A DNA stretch of 50,773 nt, counting the filler, from Catajapyx aquilonaris (taxonomy: Eukaryota), in the NCBI GenBank assembly GCA_000934665.2. It is 3 parts of 3 records of this genome, joined end to end, with 100 filler letters (N's around TTAATTAATTAA, not from the genome) between each part and the next. Parts side by side here need not be neighbours in the genome. Positions count along the whole stretch, not along the records: positions 22,194 to 36,355 come from JYFJ02007862.1; positions 36,456 to 50,773 come from JYFJ02007863.1; 1 more part is not named here. The stretch is one strand, 5' to 3'. The translations under genes were made by a program, and so were the position numbers. Positions 32,401 to 42,668 of the stretch are shown here, one piece after another. Numbering within the stretch: the first letter of the stretch is position 1; each line of letters opens with the position of its first letter. Below the pieces are notes generated by a model, which was not told the DNA's origin, made no database searches, and saw only the letters and a program-made list of their open reading frames with translations.

Positions 32401-35047
32401 AGACACTGTAGAGCATAAGTTACGTGTAGGCCCTACTGTCAAAAAAGAACTGAAATTAGATCAAAAACTTTCCCTTCAGTAAAAAAAAGAGAAGTAAGAC
32501 CTACGCGGCGGAATAAAAGTACTGAAACAAGGCAGGCGCACGTAAGACCTTCACCAATTTATTGATTTAAGCTGTACCATAGGTCTTACTCAAGCAATTC
32601 TCAAGTACTGTATGGAACGCGGCTCGTAAAAATTACTGCTACAAACTACTCAGAGTAGTATGTAGGGTTTTATTTTGAAAATAAAAAAAATTGGGGAAAA
32701 AGACTAAACCCATTCTAACAGACTTGGTCCAATCGAAAAAGACCCTCTAAAATTCACCAATTAACGTTTATATCTATATGTGAAAAATTAAACGTTAGAG
32801 TTAAAATCAGCATCTAAAAGAGGTGACGATTCTGCATGAATGTTTCATGGCAATAATTCGCACTAATCGCATAGAAATTCAATGTGCTTAATATTGAAGT
32901 TCCTAATTTCATAAAACACTAATATGGAGTGGCTCATGGAAAACTAATACTGCCAATAAGAGCTACGATACTGCCAACTTAGAAGTACCATTGCACTACA
33001 CTGGTACTGCTAAGTTAGAAGTAAATAGTAGTACGACAGAAATTCCACAGATTTGTTTCAGAAAGGAGACTTCATGAGCAGTGAATTGGAAATTGCTTGA
33101 GTAAGACCTATGGTACAGCTTAAATCAATTGGTGAAGGTCTTACGTGCGCCTGCCTTGTTTCAGTACTTTTATTCCGCCGCGGAGGTCTTACTTCTCTTT
33201 TTTTTACTGAAGGGAAAGTTTTTGATCTAATTAACATCACACATTCACATTTATCATAATAGGGTGGTGCACAAGCTTGTAGGGGGAAAAAATCAAGCAA
33301 AAATGTGAAATGGGAAAATATTGTTTTCACATGGGTGTGGGGCTTTTCTCAGGTACATTCTAATACCAGATGAGGTCTTCGTGTATCCTGAAGAGCAATC
33401 TGGAAAAACCTTACATAAAGTCTATGCTCACCTCAGTGACCTTGAGTCCTTGCTGCACAGCAAGATAAAACCTGGCCAAATATGCAGGAAGGATCTCTTC
33501 ACCAGTTTTCTTTGCACAGAAAATCCTACAGAGGGCTCCCAGGGCTTGAGCCCGTCCTGACTCATACTTGTCAATGGAAAGTGAAGCTGGAATCTCCACT
33601 GAATCTGCCAGTGCAGCTGGTTGAGATCCAAGAGCTGCTTTCCTACCATCTAGCAGCATCGAACTTGGGCGACGTGGACCACTTCCCTCTGATTCTGCAA
33701 CACCAAAAAAGTTAGGATCCATTCCCATAGCTTATATAGAAGTCATAAACTAACTGTAGTGTGTCATCTTCAGTGGTCCAGAGAACTCGCATCCAATCAG
33801 CACAGCCTCAAACAGCCACGAGCTGAACAAATGCAGGATGCTGTTGCACTTTGGACGGGCAGACGCTAGTGGTGGCTTGTTGGTCTCCACACCCAATGAA
33901 GTGCTTGAAGAACCTGGTTCAAAACATTTTTAAATCAGATATTATCAATATTATTTGGTATTTTATCCTTTCAGTCAAGTGTGTCTATCATTATATCCAA
34001 TCTAGCCTATAATAATGATGCCATACTCTCTCCAAAACAAGAGGAAGAGTTTGGTATTTAATAAATTCTGCCCTGTAGAGAAATTGCCCAAGTGTAAATC
34101 TAAATTTGCGAGATAATTTAATGCTTAACCCCTTCGGCCCCAGATCGGCCCGAACCACACAGTTTTTGGCTTACGCGTACTCCGAAGATACGGACAAGAT
34201 ATTTTGCAAATAATAACAGCTATACTTACGAGATCTGGGAAAACCCTATGAATGTGTCTGGAACCATTTTACTCGTCTAGAAGTCCCTAAATTAATTTCC
34301 AAAAAAGGGCTATAATAACTCGAAATTGGACTACTGCCGCCCAACTTTTAGGCTGATTTGATTATGAAATGCGTGAAAATATGCGGAATAACAACCATGA
34401 GAACCATGCCAGACGAATTTGCTGAAATCGTCGTACTTTGCGAGAAATAAATTAATATTTATTTGCGGCTTTCTAGCACTTAGGAAAACTCCTAAATGAG
34501 TATGAGATGAATTTTCTGAAATCGTCGTACTTCATGAGAAACAAATAAATTTGGGAGTTTTACGAAGTTTTACGAAGTGCCAGAAAGCCGCAAATAAGTA
34601 TTAATTTATTTCTCGCCAAGTACGACGATTTCAGCAAATTCGTCTGGCATGGTTCTCATGGTTGTTATTCCGCATATTTTCACGCATTTCATAATCAAAT
34701 CAGCCTAAAAGTTGGGCGGCAGTAGTCCAATTTCGAGTTATTATAGCCCTTTTTGGGAAATTAATTTAGGGACTTCTAGACGAGTAAAATGGTTCCAGAC
34801 ACATTCATAGGGTTTTCCCAGATCTCGTAAGTATAGCTGTTATTATTTGCAAAATATCTTGTCCGTATCTTTGGAGTACGCGTAAGCCAAAAACTGTGTG
34901 GTTCGGGCCGATCTGGGGCCGAAGGGGTTAAAGAAGCAAACTTACTGGTAATGCTGGAGGTGGAAGGAGGTCCAGATGCACTTCCTGACTGGCTGTGACT
35001 CATAGACGACCGACTGGTCAGGCTTATTAATGCTGCTCGTGGCAGGC
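23895..35047 (-). CDS. RALGAPB: Ral GTPase-activating protein subunit beta; 8 internal exons, first and last exons not found in the window
   Basis: Exons 35047-34946, 33913-33755, 33694-33432, 28146-27753, 27027-26914, 26831-26733, 26170-25695 and 25303-23895 splice GT-AG in one frame (about 1000 codons). Motifs: [139 protein letters not shown]. Confidence 0.93.
25695..26170 (-). CDS. RALGAPB: RALGAPB exon ([18 protein letters not shown]...LLLEQ)
   Basis: Conserved [12 protein letters not shown] and [10 protein letters not shown] motifs; AG/GT boundaries. Confidence 0.92.
26733..26831 (-). CDS. RALGAPB: RALGAPB small Ser-rich exon ([33 protein letters not shown])
   Basis: 99 nt, symmetric phase 1, cAG acceptor and GTAAGC donor. 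It could be skipped without a frameshift. Confidence 0.7.
26914..27027 (-). CDS. RALGAPB: RALGAPB exon ([20 protein letters not shown]...NLLSS)
   Basis: Conserved VQDSA motif; phase consistent. Confidence 0.85.
27753..28146 (-). CDS. RALGAPB: RALGAPB exon ([25 protein letters not shown]...NTQMLLG)
   Basis: Conserved [19 protein letters not shown] and LQVESD..NTQMLLG motifs. Confidence 0.92.
28359..29099 (-). mobile_element. Internally deleted, decayed Tc1/mariner DNA transposon
   Basis: TA flanks and TIRs of about 95 bp (CAGGGTGGTCAGAAAGTAACTCCCTATTAGAAACATG...). Minus-strand transposase remnants [14 protein letters not shown] and [19 protein letters not shown] resemble QDGAPPH and WPPRSPDL.P.DFFLWG..K. 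Confidence 0.85.
29354..29416. repeat. (CAT)21 microsatellite
   Basis: Direct reading; intronic. Confidence 0.95.
29702..30004 (-). mobile_element. tRNA-derived SINE, full length, with (TTA)n tail
   Basis: Minus-strand head TGGCATAGTGG...GACTGCTAATC...GGTTCGAATCCC, body GGTTTTCTGTGGTTTCCC...GGCCACAGCCACTTCCTTCC, TTA-repeat tail at 29702-29731. Confidence 0.8.
30040..30200 (+). mobile_element. 5'-truncated copy of the SINE family at 19870-20140
   Basis: ctgacctgcacc..ggaggt.tctggcaacctaacctcctggggaacagca... is shared in opposite orientation. Confidence 0.75.
30528..30783. mobile_element. TA-flanked MITE
   Basis: TIR CATGTGAAGAGTCCAGGGAAAAAAGGGGGAATGTCA / TGACATTCCCCCTTTTTCCCCTGGACTCTTCATGTG. 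Confidence 0.7.
30800..31010. mobile_element. TA-flanked MITE
   Basis: TIR CACCCGCGAGCATAAAGATGGAGACGGCAGGCCCT / AGGGCCTGCCGTCTCTATCTTTATGCTCGCGGGGG. Confidence 0.75.
32454..33232. repeat. Inverted repeat pair of about 140 bp (32454-32598 / 33091-33232)
   Basis: aattagatcaaaaactttcccttcagt...gtaagacc...ggtcttactcaagcaatt is present in both orientations with few differences. Confidence 0.85.
33432..33694 (-). CDS. RALGAPB: RALGAPB exon (…[36 protein letters not shown]…)
   Basis: Highly conserved motif; gcAG acceptor and GTGAGC donor. Confidence 0.92.
33755..33913 (-). CDS. RALGAPB: RALGAPB exon (…[24 protein letters not shown]…)
   Basis: Conserved RPK.NSIL.LF..WLF.A motif; phase 1 at both ends. 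Confidence 0.88.
34129..34927. mobile_element. piggyBac-type foldback element with 353-bp arms
   Basis: TTAA on both sides (34125-34128, 34928-34931), CCCC/GGGG termini. Arms 34129-34481 and 34575-34927 are near-perfect reverse complements around a 93-bp spacer. Confidence 0.92.
34946..35047 (-). CDS. RALGAPB: RALGAPB exon ([34 protein letters not shown])
   Basis: aAG acceptor, GTAAGT donor, phase consistent. It is a low-complexity linker, so homology support is weaker. Confidence 0.7.
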
Positions 35048-36355
35048 CTTTAAAATATTTATATTGCGTTAGACATGATGCGGTTGTTTCACTAAATGTT
35101 GTGAAACTGGATGAAGTGACTAACTTGTGCCATATCACTACATGTGGGCCAATGCTACAACTGGCAAAGCTCAGAAGTTTATAACCACTCCAATACACAC
35201 ATTCTATGACACAGGGAAATCTAGAAACTGGCTATAATTATATGACACTGCACAAAACAAAACATTGTGTCAACACCAAGTACCACATAAATAAACTGTG
35301 CAGAAAACATTAGTATGTTGGGGGGCACATTAATAACATTCAGCTGCATAAAATGTGCTGTCATAATCCAAGTATGAAAAATTGTAATTACACTGGCATA
35401 AGAAAGCATGCTGTTTCTATTACCAGCTCTTTCCAATAACAAAAGATATTTGTTATACTGTATTTTAAACACACTCAAAGACAGAAGCAAAAGGGTGAAT
35501 CAAGTGAAAATAGACCAGTCATTCATAGGTAGACATATTTATAATACAGGAACAAATATGCTAAAAATCAGGACGTCTCGTCTACCTATTCACCAAATTT
35601 GGTTCATATCAGTATGACTGCAGCATCAATAAAAACTCAATAGTGCACCCCCACCTAACAATTTTGGGTCCAACTTCCATAAGGCCAAGCAACAACAAGG
35701 AAATGGATATGGGATGAAGAATGGCAGCAAACGAAGGCAAAGAAATGAATTGGACTGCACAGTTTATTCAAGGGTATTCTCCAAGAATACTGAGACACCT
35801 GTCCCACTGCTGTACCAACTGTCTGATACACTTCGACATAAAATGATTGCAATAAAATATTAATAACTCCACTCACAGCACTCTCCACATCTGTGTCACT
35901 GATATATCTATGACTTTCAGATGCCACTTGAGTTCCCAGAACACCTTTAAATGGCATGGCTGTGAGTGGGATAACATCTCCCATCCAAACCTATCAGACA
36001 CCCTCTATCCTGTATTTTTGCCCCTGCCGTCTTATGGCAGGTAGGCCCATTTTCCAGGTGAAGGTTCATTTGCATGTTTATTGACACTGCAGTTATGATA
36101 TGAACCTACTTTTGTGTACAGTATAAGTAGAAGAGTCTTGTCTAGATTTTTAGCATGTTTGTTCTTGGACTAATTCGTAATGATGACCATGTACAGATGA
36201 CAGGTCCCCTTTCATGTAATTCAGCCTTGTACATGTATTGTCAGCAAAGGAGAGAGAGATATATATGAGGCATTCCACGTCAAGCGGACCACCTTCCGAC
36301 AAATCTTTGAGGACCTTGACCAAAATTTATTTACATGTACTACTCATCGACATAT

Positions 36356-36455
36356 NNNNNNNNNNNNNNNNNNNNNNNNNNNNNNNNNNNNNNNNNNNNT
36401 TAATTAATTAANNNNNNNNNNNNNNNNNNNNNNNNNNNNNNNNNNNNNNNNNNNN
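36356..36455. other. Artificial contig-join spacer
   Basis: 44 N + TTAATTAATTAA + 44 N, identical to the spacer at 22094. Confidence 0.95.
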
Positions 36456-39400
36456 CTTGGTACACATTCGATTACATTCTGGGAAGAGTAGTTATTTTCC
36501 TCCAAAGTGCAGATAGCAAAATACAAGGAACCTAGCGTAATCAATAAATGCCAATTTTAATATCTATTGAGATAGGTATCATTTAAAAAAACTGTCACTT
36601 GAGAGATTTTTTGGCCGGAATTAATGTAACAAGATAATAATGCATGCTTTTATACAGTATACGGCATCTCCTCTATATAGGAAACATTTACAAAATATTC
36701 CGACAAACATGACACAATGTTATCCTCACTTTGTTTTCCGGAGTGAGATTAAATTATTTGTAGATTTTAAAGTGTGATATACGTTTCAGGATACGTCTCT
36801 TAAAATTATATAACGTATATATTAAAAATACTCTTGACACCTGAGTACCATGAATGTCAGATATCGTCTGCAGTACTTGCAAAGACTGATAAGACAATAT
36901 AGAACTGATAACTTGATAATTATGGGGAAATCCACAATCCACCCATATTATATAGGCTATATCACAAAGCAATTTTTTTTTAAATTGCACTGATTAAAGT
37001 GAAAAGCATGATTAATTCGTGAACTGCTGCAAAAGTTTATCAGGACCATGTGATCTACTTCAAACTGACTTAAACAACCTCCATTGAAAGCAAATCCGCA
37101 AGGTGCGCTGTGACCACGGGGAGGCCAGCAGGCACCCCCTTCTGCCTCTCCTTGGCCCATCGGACCCCCGCTGTCCCCAAATGGCACCATTACGTCGCTG
37201 TCCCTCGCCCAGAATTGAGACGGACCGCTCCGGCACCCCCCAGGACTTGATGGGAAAAATCGGACCATAATTAGATTTCGGTGGCCCTTTTGTTGTTATT
37301 ATTGTTGTTGTTTCATCAAGCATTGTTCCCTCTAGCCATCGCCACCTGACAGATGGGCTTCCCTGTCACCACGCCAAAACGATCCTGGCCACAAGGGCAA
37401 TATGCAGCCAACTAATTATCGCCGATTCCAACCTGCCTCTGGATTTATTTAGCGGTTTTTTGTGGGACTTCTGCCGCTCATTTGGTGTCGGCAGTGATAA
37501 CCAGGTCGCTGGACTTGATGCTGCTGGAGATGAATGGCTTGCCATCCGCCGGCTAATCGCGTTTTGGCAGTGTTCATTAATGTCAATCATGGTGTGTTCG
37601 TGACGAATGGCACATACCCATTTACAGGAGGTGCCTTACCTGAGGCTAGATGTCGTGATTCAGACTCGATTGCCACCCTCTGGTTTCAATAGAAAAAAAC
37701 TGAGAACTGCTACGCTCATTTATTGTCATATAAATGAATTTTATATCGATAATGGTTCAATATTTTCATCATTACGTGACATACTCTAGGAACTTGTTTT
37801 CGCGGAATATGAACTGTTTATGCGTCAAATCCCAAATCATGAATCTTGATTCGTGCAATGTAATAAACCCAAGCGAGCTATTGCATCTTAATGATAATAT
37901 CATGGCCGCGTCTCAATAAAACAATCCATATAATGGGCCCTGAATGGCATCTAACGCCTAGATAGTGACGGAAATAGATTAGAAGATGGCGAATAAACTT
38001 GTTGCAATAAATTAGTCCCAATTACCCAGTTTATGAAAAAAAAAGCCGGCACCAAATATGATTCACAACACTAGGCCTAAATCGCTATTGTTAAAAGCTC
38101 AGTTTTGGAAAAGGGTGTGCCTGGAGCTGTTAGGTTCAAAATCAAATGCTTTGTAATGACCGAGATGGTCTAAAACTTGCTAAATTGCAGCCTACCGGGG
38201 AATGTTAATCCAGAAAACTGGTCCGGAATTATTGTCCGTTATTAAAGACCGTTTTTTTTTTGGACCACTTTATTGGGCCTATTTTTTCCATACCTCCGGC
38301 TGTACTTGAATAATTCAAATGTCACGCCGAAATAATATTCGTCGAATAATCGGGCCCGTGCAAAACTATTTATTGCATACCCCTACTATTTTAAATTTTT
38401 TTATTATTAAAACAGAGGGTGTCATGAATTACCGTAAAAATCGAGCTTGTGTCGAAGGGAAATGAGCGGTCATTCCTAAGGACCAACTTAAGTTATGTCC
38501 GCCACGCCCCCCTCCCCCCTCAAACCATAAGATGTATAGTCCCCCCCCTCAAAAGTTAGCCAAAAAGCCAAGCCCCCCCTTTTGTTGATTTTTTTTGTTT
38601 ACGTTTTTTGATGAAGATATAGGTGAAGGATGATAATTGCCTTGATATTAGATTGTGCGTCGGACCTTTCAAGCCCTGGTAATGAGCTGGAAGAAGGAGG
38701 ACTCAAAGACATGAGAAAATATGAAACCTGGCAAGTTGGGTAATTGGAAGGCCATGACTGGCCGGGCTCGACGCTTAGGCCAAGGCCCTACTCTGGCTAA
38801 TTAAGCTTCTACCATTAGTTTAGCCAGAATTAACTCCACTTATGGCGTGGGAAGGTTACCTGTGACGATGAGTCTCATTAACCCCCTAGTCTTAAAGGTG
38901 CGATTGGCCAAATGCAACTACCATATTGGACCAACAATGGCGTCACCCACGCTACCTAACTCGAGCGGTTGTTCCACCCACATCTGAAAATAACGGCCTC
39001 TCATATGTGGATGGACTACTGTGCCGATCTCGGCTTCTTTGTTGGTAGGGGGCAATAAAGGAACTATCATTTAATAAATTACTATACCGTGAAAGGCCCA
39101 TTAAGGTGAAAATTACGAGTGCGTTTGAGCACAGTGGCCTTCGCTCTATTAGAATGAAATGCCTGGTGGGTCCAAGGGTTGGAACACTTCCGAACTAACC
39201 TGGGTTGCAGTTGAGGCTACACTGTTTGTGATCAGAATATGGCGACCTATATGAGGTTAGCTATCTGTACAAAAATATTCTGTCCAATAATAACTTGGCA
39301 TTTTCTATCCTAATCGGATTTGCAGGCTAATCCTATCCTTGAAGCGTCCAAGTGCCATAACACCTCTCCTTCCTCAATAACCCGTTTTATGATATTTGCT

Positions 39401-40000
39401 AACTCTAAATAATGGGCCGCATAAGTGTCCAAACAAGGAGAGCCTCGTCGCCATATATCAATGAGCCTTTTTTTAAAAAAATAATAAAAAAAAGCATGCA
39501 TGAAAGTTAACAATGCGTGAAAAGCTTGTGCTTGAAGGCCCAATAAGATAAAGACACGCATGTACCATCATATTTCGCTCCAAAAAAGCACTTACGCTTA
39601 ATAGAGACTTCGAAAGGCTGAGAACAACTTGACGCCTTTTAGAGTTGTGTCTGGAACAGGCTGGAACAAGCCGAGGTCAAAGGGAGGTGGGGAGTGATGT
39701 CCGTGGTCATTTCCCTACCTTGCATGCTACTCGGCAATTAGTTACGCATCCCTTCATCAGTGCTTGGCATTACGATATAATTAACACTTATTGGACGGTG
39801 GGTTGGGCCCAACCATATACCCCATTCCTGAGACTGGATTTTGAATTTACACCCAATTTCTCACCATCAAATGAAATTTCTGGACCCTCTTGAGTACTAA
39901 TGATCATTTTGATAACATGGCGGTTGGCAATTCAGAAATATGACTGTAGATGGCTGCACTTATCGCGCCCAATACCGTCCGTTCAAAGGCTATGCCACGC

Positions 40001-40067
<67 letters not shown>

Positions 40068-40094
40068 GCTGTTGTTGTTATTATTATTATTATT
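40001..40094. repeat. (TAT)n microsatellite with a short (TGT)n interruption
   Basis: Direct reading. Confidence 0.95.
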
Positions 40095-42420
40095 TCCACC
40101 ACCACCAGAGGCGCCCCATCTCATCCGGCTCAGTCGCAACAATGGACGCTGTCCTCAGGAAGACACAAAAAAAAAATGTGAAGAAAACGAAAGAGGAGTG
40201 GCCCATATGAGATTGGGCCCCGCCTCCGCCCCAGCATTCTAACCGGGAGCAACCCCCGTAATAAGGGCGCAGGCCGAAGGTGTCTTGTATCGGGCCTAGA
40301 TCGGGCAGCAAACTGAACCCCCCTGTAATTACATTACGGGACACGGTAGCGGATTGGGGAGGCAGCTACTTATGAAAATGTTTGGCTTACCTAATTATTT
40401 GGAAGCGGGGTTCTAATCACCGGGGGGCGAAAAAGGATGCGGGAATAATTTGGGGTGGGNCTAATGCGATCAGGGCTGTAATAAGGCTCATGGAGTTATG
40501 TTTTATCCATTTTCGATCGGGGTAATCACATGCATCGTGGTTATTAAATTCTGACGGCGCTTGTTTTGCTGGAGGAGAATAACCCCTTTTTTCTTTTTGT
40601 ATGGCGCTGGTTTTTTCGCGCCTAAGAAAATTAAAACTTAGGTACAAGTCACGCGCTAGGCTCTCCAACTGGATTTTTCGCCAATTTTTTTGTGAAATTT
40701 ATTTGCAATTTTCATATGGAAAAAGAATAAGAAGAATCCAGCATATTTGAACAGTAAACGGAACGATGGCTGCCTTATGCTCAATTTTGAACGATTTGGA
40801 ACCAGTTGCTCTAGCAAAATTAGCATGTCGATCCTATCGCTCTGTAAGTGCAAGTAGCTCCGGCATTAGTTGCTTTAGCTTTTTGAGTGTTGACTAATCA
40901 GATTATGGTCCGCAGGAAGCATTCTTCAAGGCATTGGCAATCCTTTGGAGTCTTCTCTTGGTGATTTATTGTCCCGTAATCTCCGGAGCACGAAAGTCGT
41001 GAGTTACAGATTGCGCCGGTGTTAAATCAAATCTGCTGGTTAGAGCCGATCGGTTGAGGCGATAAGAGCTTCCAATTGGGAGGATTAATTCTCACCTGGG
41101 TTTTTTGAAGAATGTTTAATTACCTTTTTTTTGTGTATGAAACCGGGTCATACCCTAGAATGTCACTTGCATTGTGGTGATTAGCGGCGACGTGTAATCA
41201 TCATGAGGGTTAATCTTTTCCACTTGAGTATGTACGTGCGTGGCATGTACAAGTACCAGGCGTCATAATTAGACGCCTGCCGAATTAGAAAGTTGGCATG
41301 ATTTCTCACCTGCCAGTCCATGGAAATACCCCGGTACCGCAAACGTATTGTTAACCCCGACCCCATCGCTTTTAAACCAACACACATTATGCATGAAACA
41401 TTACTAATGCGGTGCTCATACATCCACGATTTGAAATATATTAACGGTGCTGATGTAATTGAGTAATTAATCAAACACGGATGTCGTTAGGTTGATTCAA
41501 GAGTTTTCTTCACGGCTGGAGCAGGTCATCACACATTCCTGGGAGGAGCCGAGAAGTCTCCATTCAGACAACAGGATTTATGTGAGCAGAAAAAACCAAG
41601 CGTCTATATGTCATAGTTATTGGTAATTTTTTTGAAATATATATTTTTTACCATTTTTCACTCCTGGTTGCATGCAAAAGATTGAGCCGCCTTCGTATCA
41701 ATTATGCTGTACAAAAATCCACAACTAGAGATTTATCCTTTTCACCTGTTTTTTTCTCCAGGTGAGAAAACGCGCTAAAAAGGTCTTTATAATAAGGGAT
41801 TTGGAATGTTTTCACTTGACAGGCAATTCGGATGAGAAATCCTCCATGGGCTCCGGCTTATGATAATTGGATCCATGACCAAACACTTACCTCCTCGCCA
41901 TCACCCGCATATATTATACACCTGGTATGGGCAGACATTCGTACCGCGTTGGGACAGATTGATGGCACTCGTCGCCCTAGTGTCCCACCTTGAAAATAAG
42001 AAGAAAAGAAAGAAGAAAATGGAGGAGCGATCAGAAGCCCTTGGAGGCAAATACAACGATTTGTAAGCGGGAGTGAAGCAGCGGGTTCCCAATACGAGCT
42101 TGGCTCATAATTATGATTTATGGTTATGGATGCTGGCGGGGACGTAAGATGGAGGAGGTTCATCCCACCCTAAGCCGCTGATTGCTTAAGATCTGCATAC
42201 CCAGCAGGGGTCTATTAGACGCTGCACTATCGCCACACTCATGCTGTGACGTCTACGATCATCCGCGGTAGCCCACGCCGATTCGTGGTTCAACCGATAT
42301 GGAGAGTGTAATTGGCCACTTTCTGCGGTTGATTTGGAGGATAATGCCATGAGCAGGCATAAAGACTATCAGTATAGTGGAAATGTACACGAACAGGTGC
42401 AAATTTAGTCCTTAAGATTG

Positions 42421-42668
42421 TCCCCGATCGTCCATCCCCGACCCCGATCGTCCATCCCCGTCCCCGATCGTCCATTCCCGTCCACGATCGTCCATCCCCG
42501 TCCACGATCGTCCATCCCCGTCCACGATCGTCCGTCCCCGTCCACGATCGTCCATCGCCGTCCACGATCGTCCATCCCCGTCCACGATCGTCCATCGCCG
42601 TCCACGATCGTCCATCGCCGTCCACGATCGTCCATCCCCGTCCCCAATCGTCCATCCCCATCCACGAT
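42421..42668. repeat. 20-bp minisatellite, about 12 copies (TCCACGATCGTCCATCCCCG)
   Basis: Direct reading; explains the repetitive ORFs on both strands at 42290-42868. Confidence 0.95.

Noticed and set aside
39900..40242. Poly-Ile, poly-Leu and poly-Tyr ORFs resembling signal or TM peptides
   Set aside because: Translations of a (TAT)n microsatellite.
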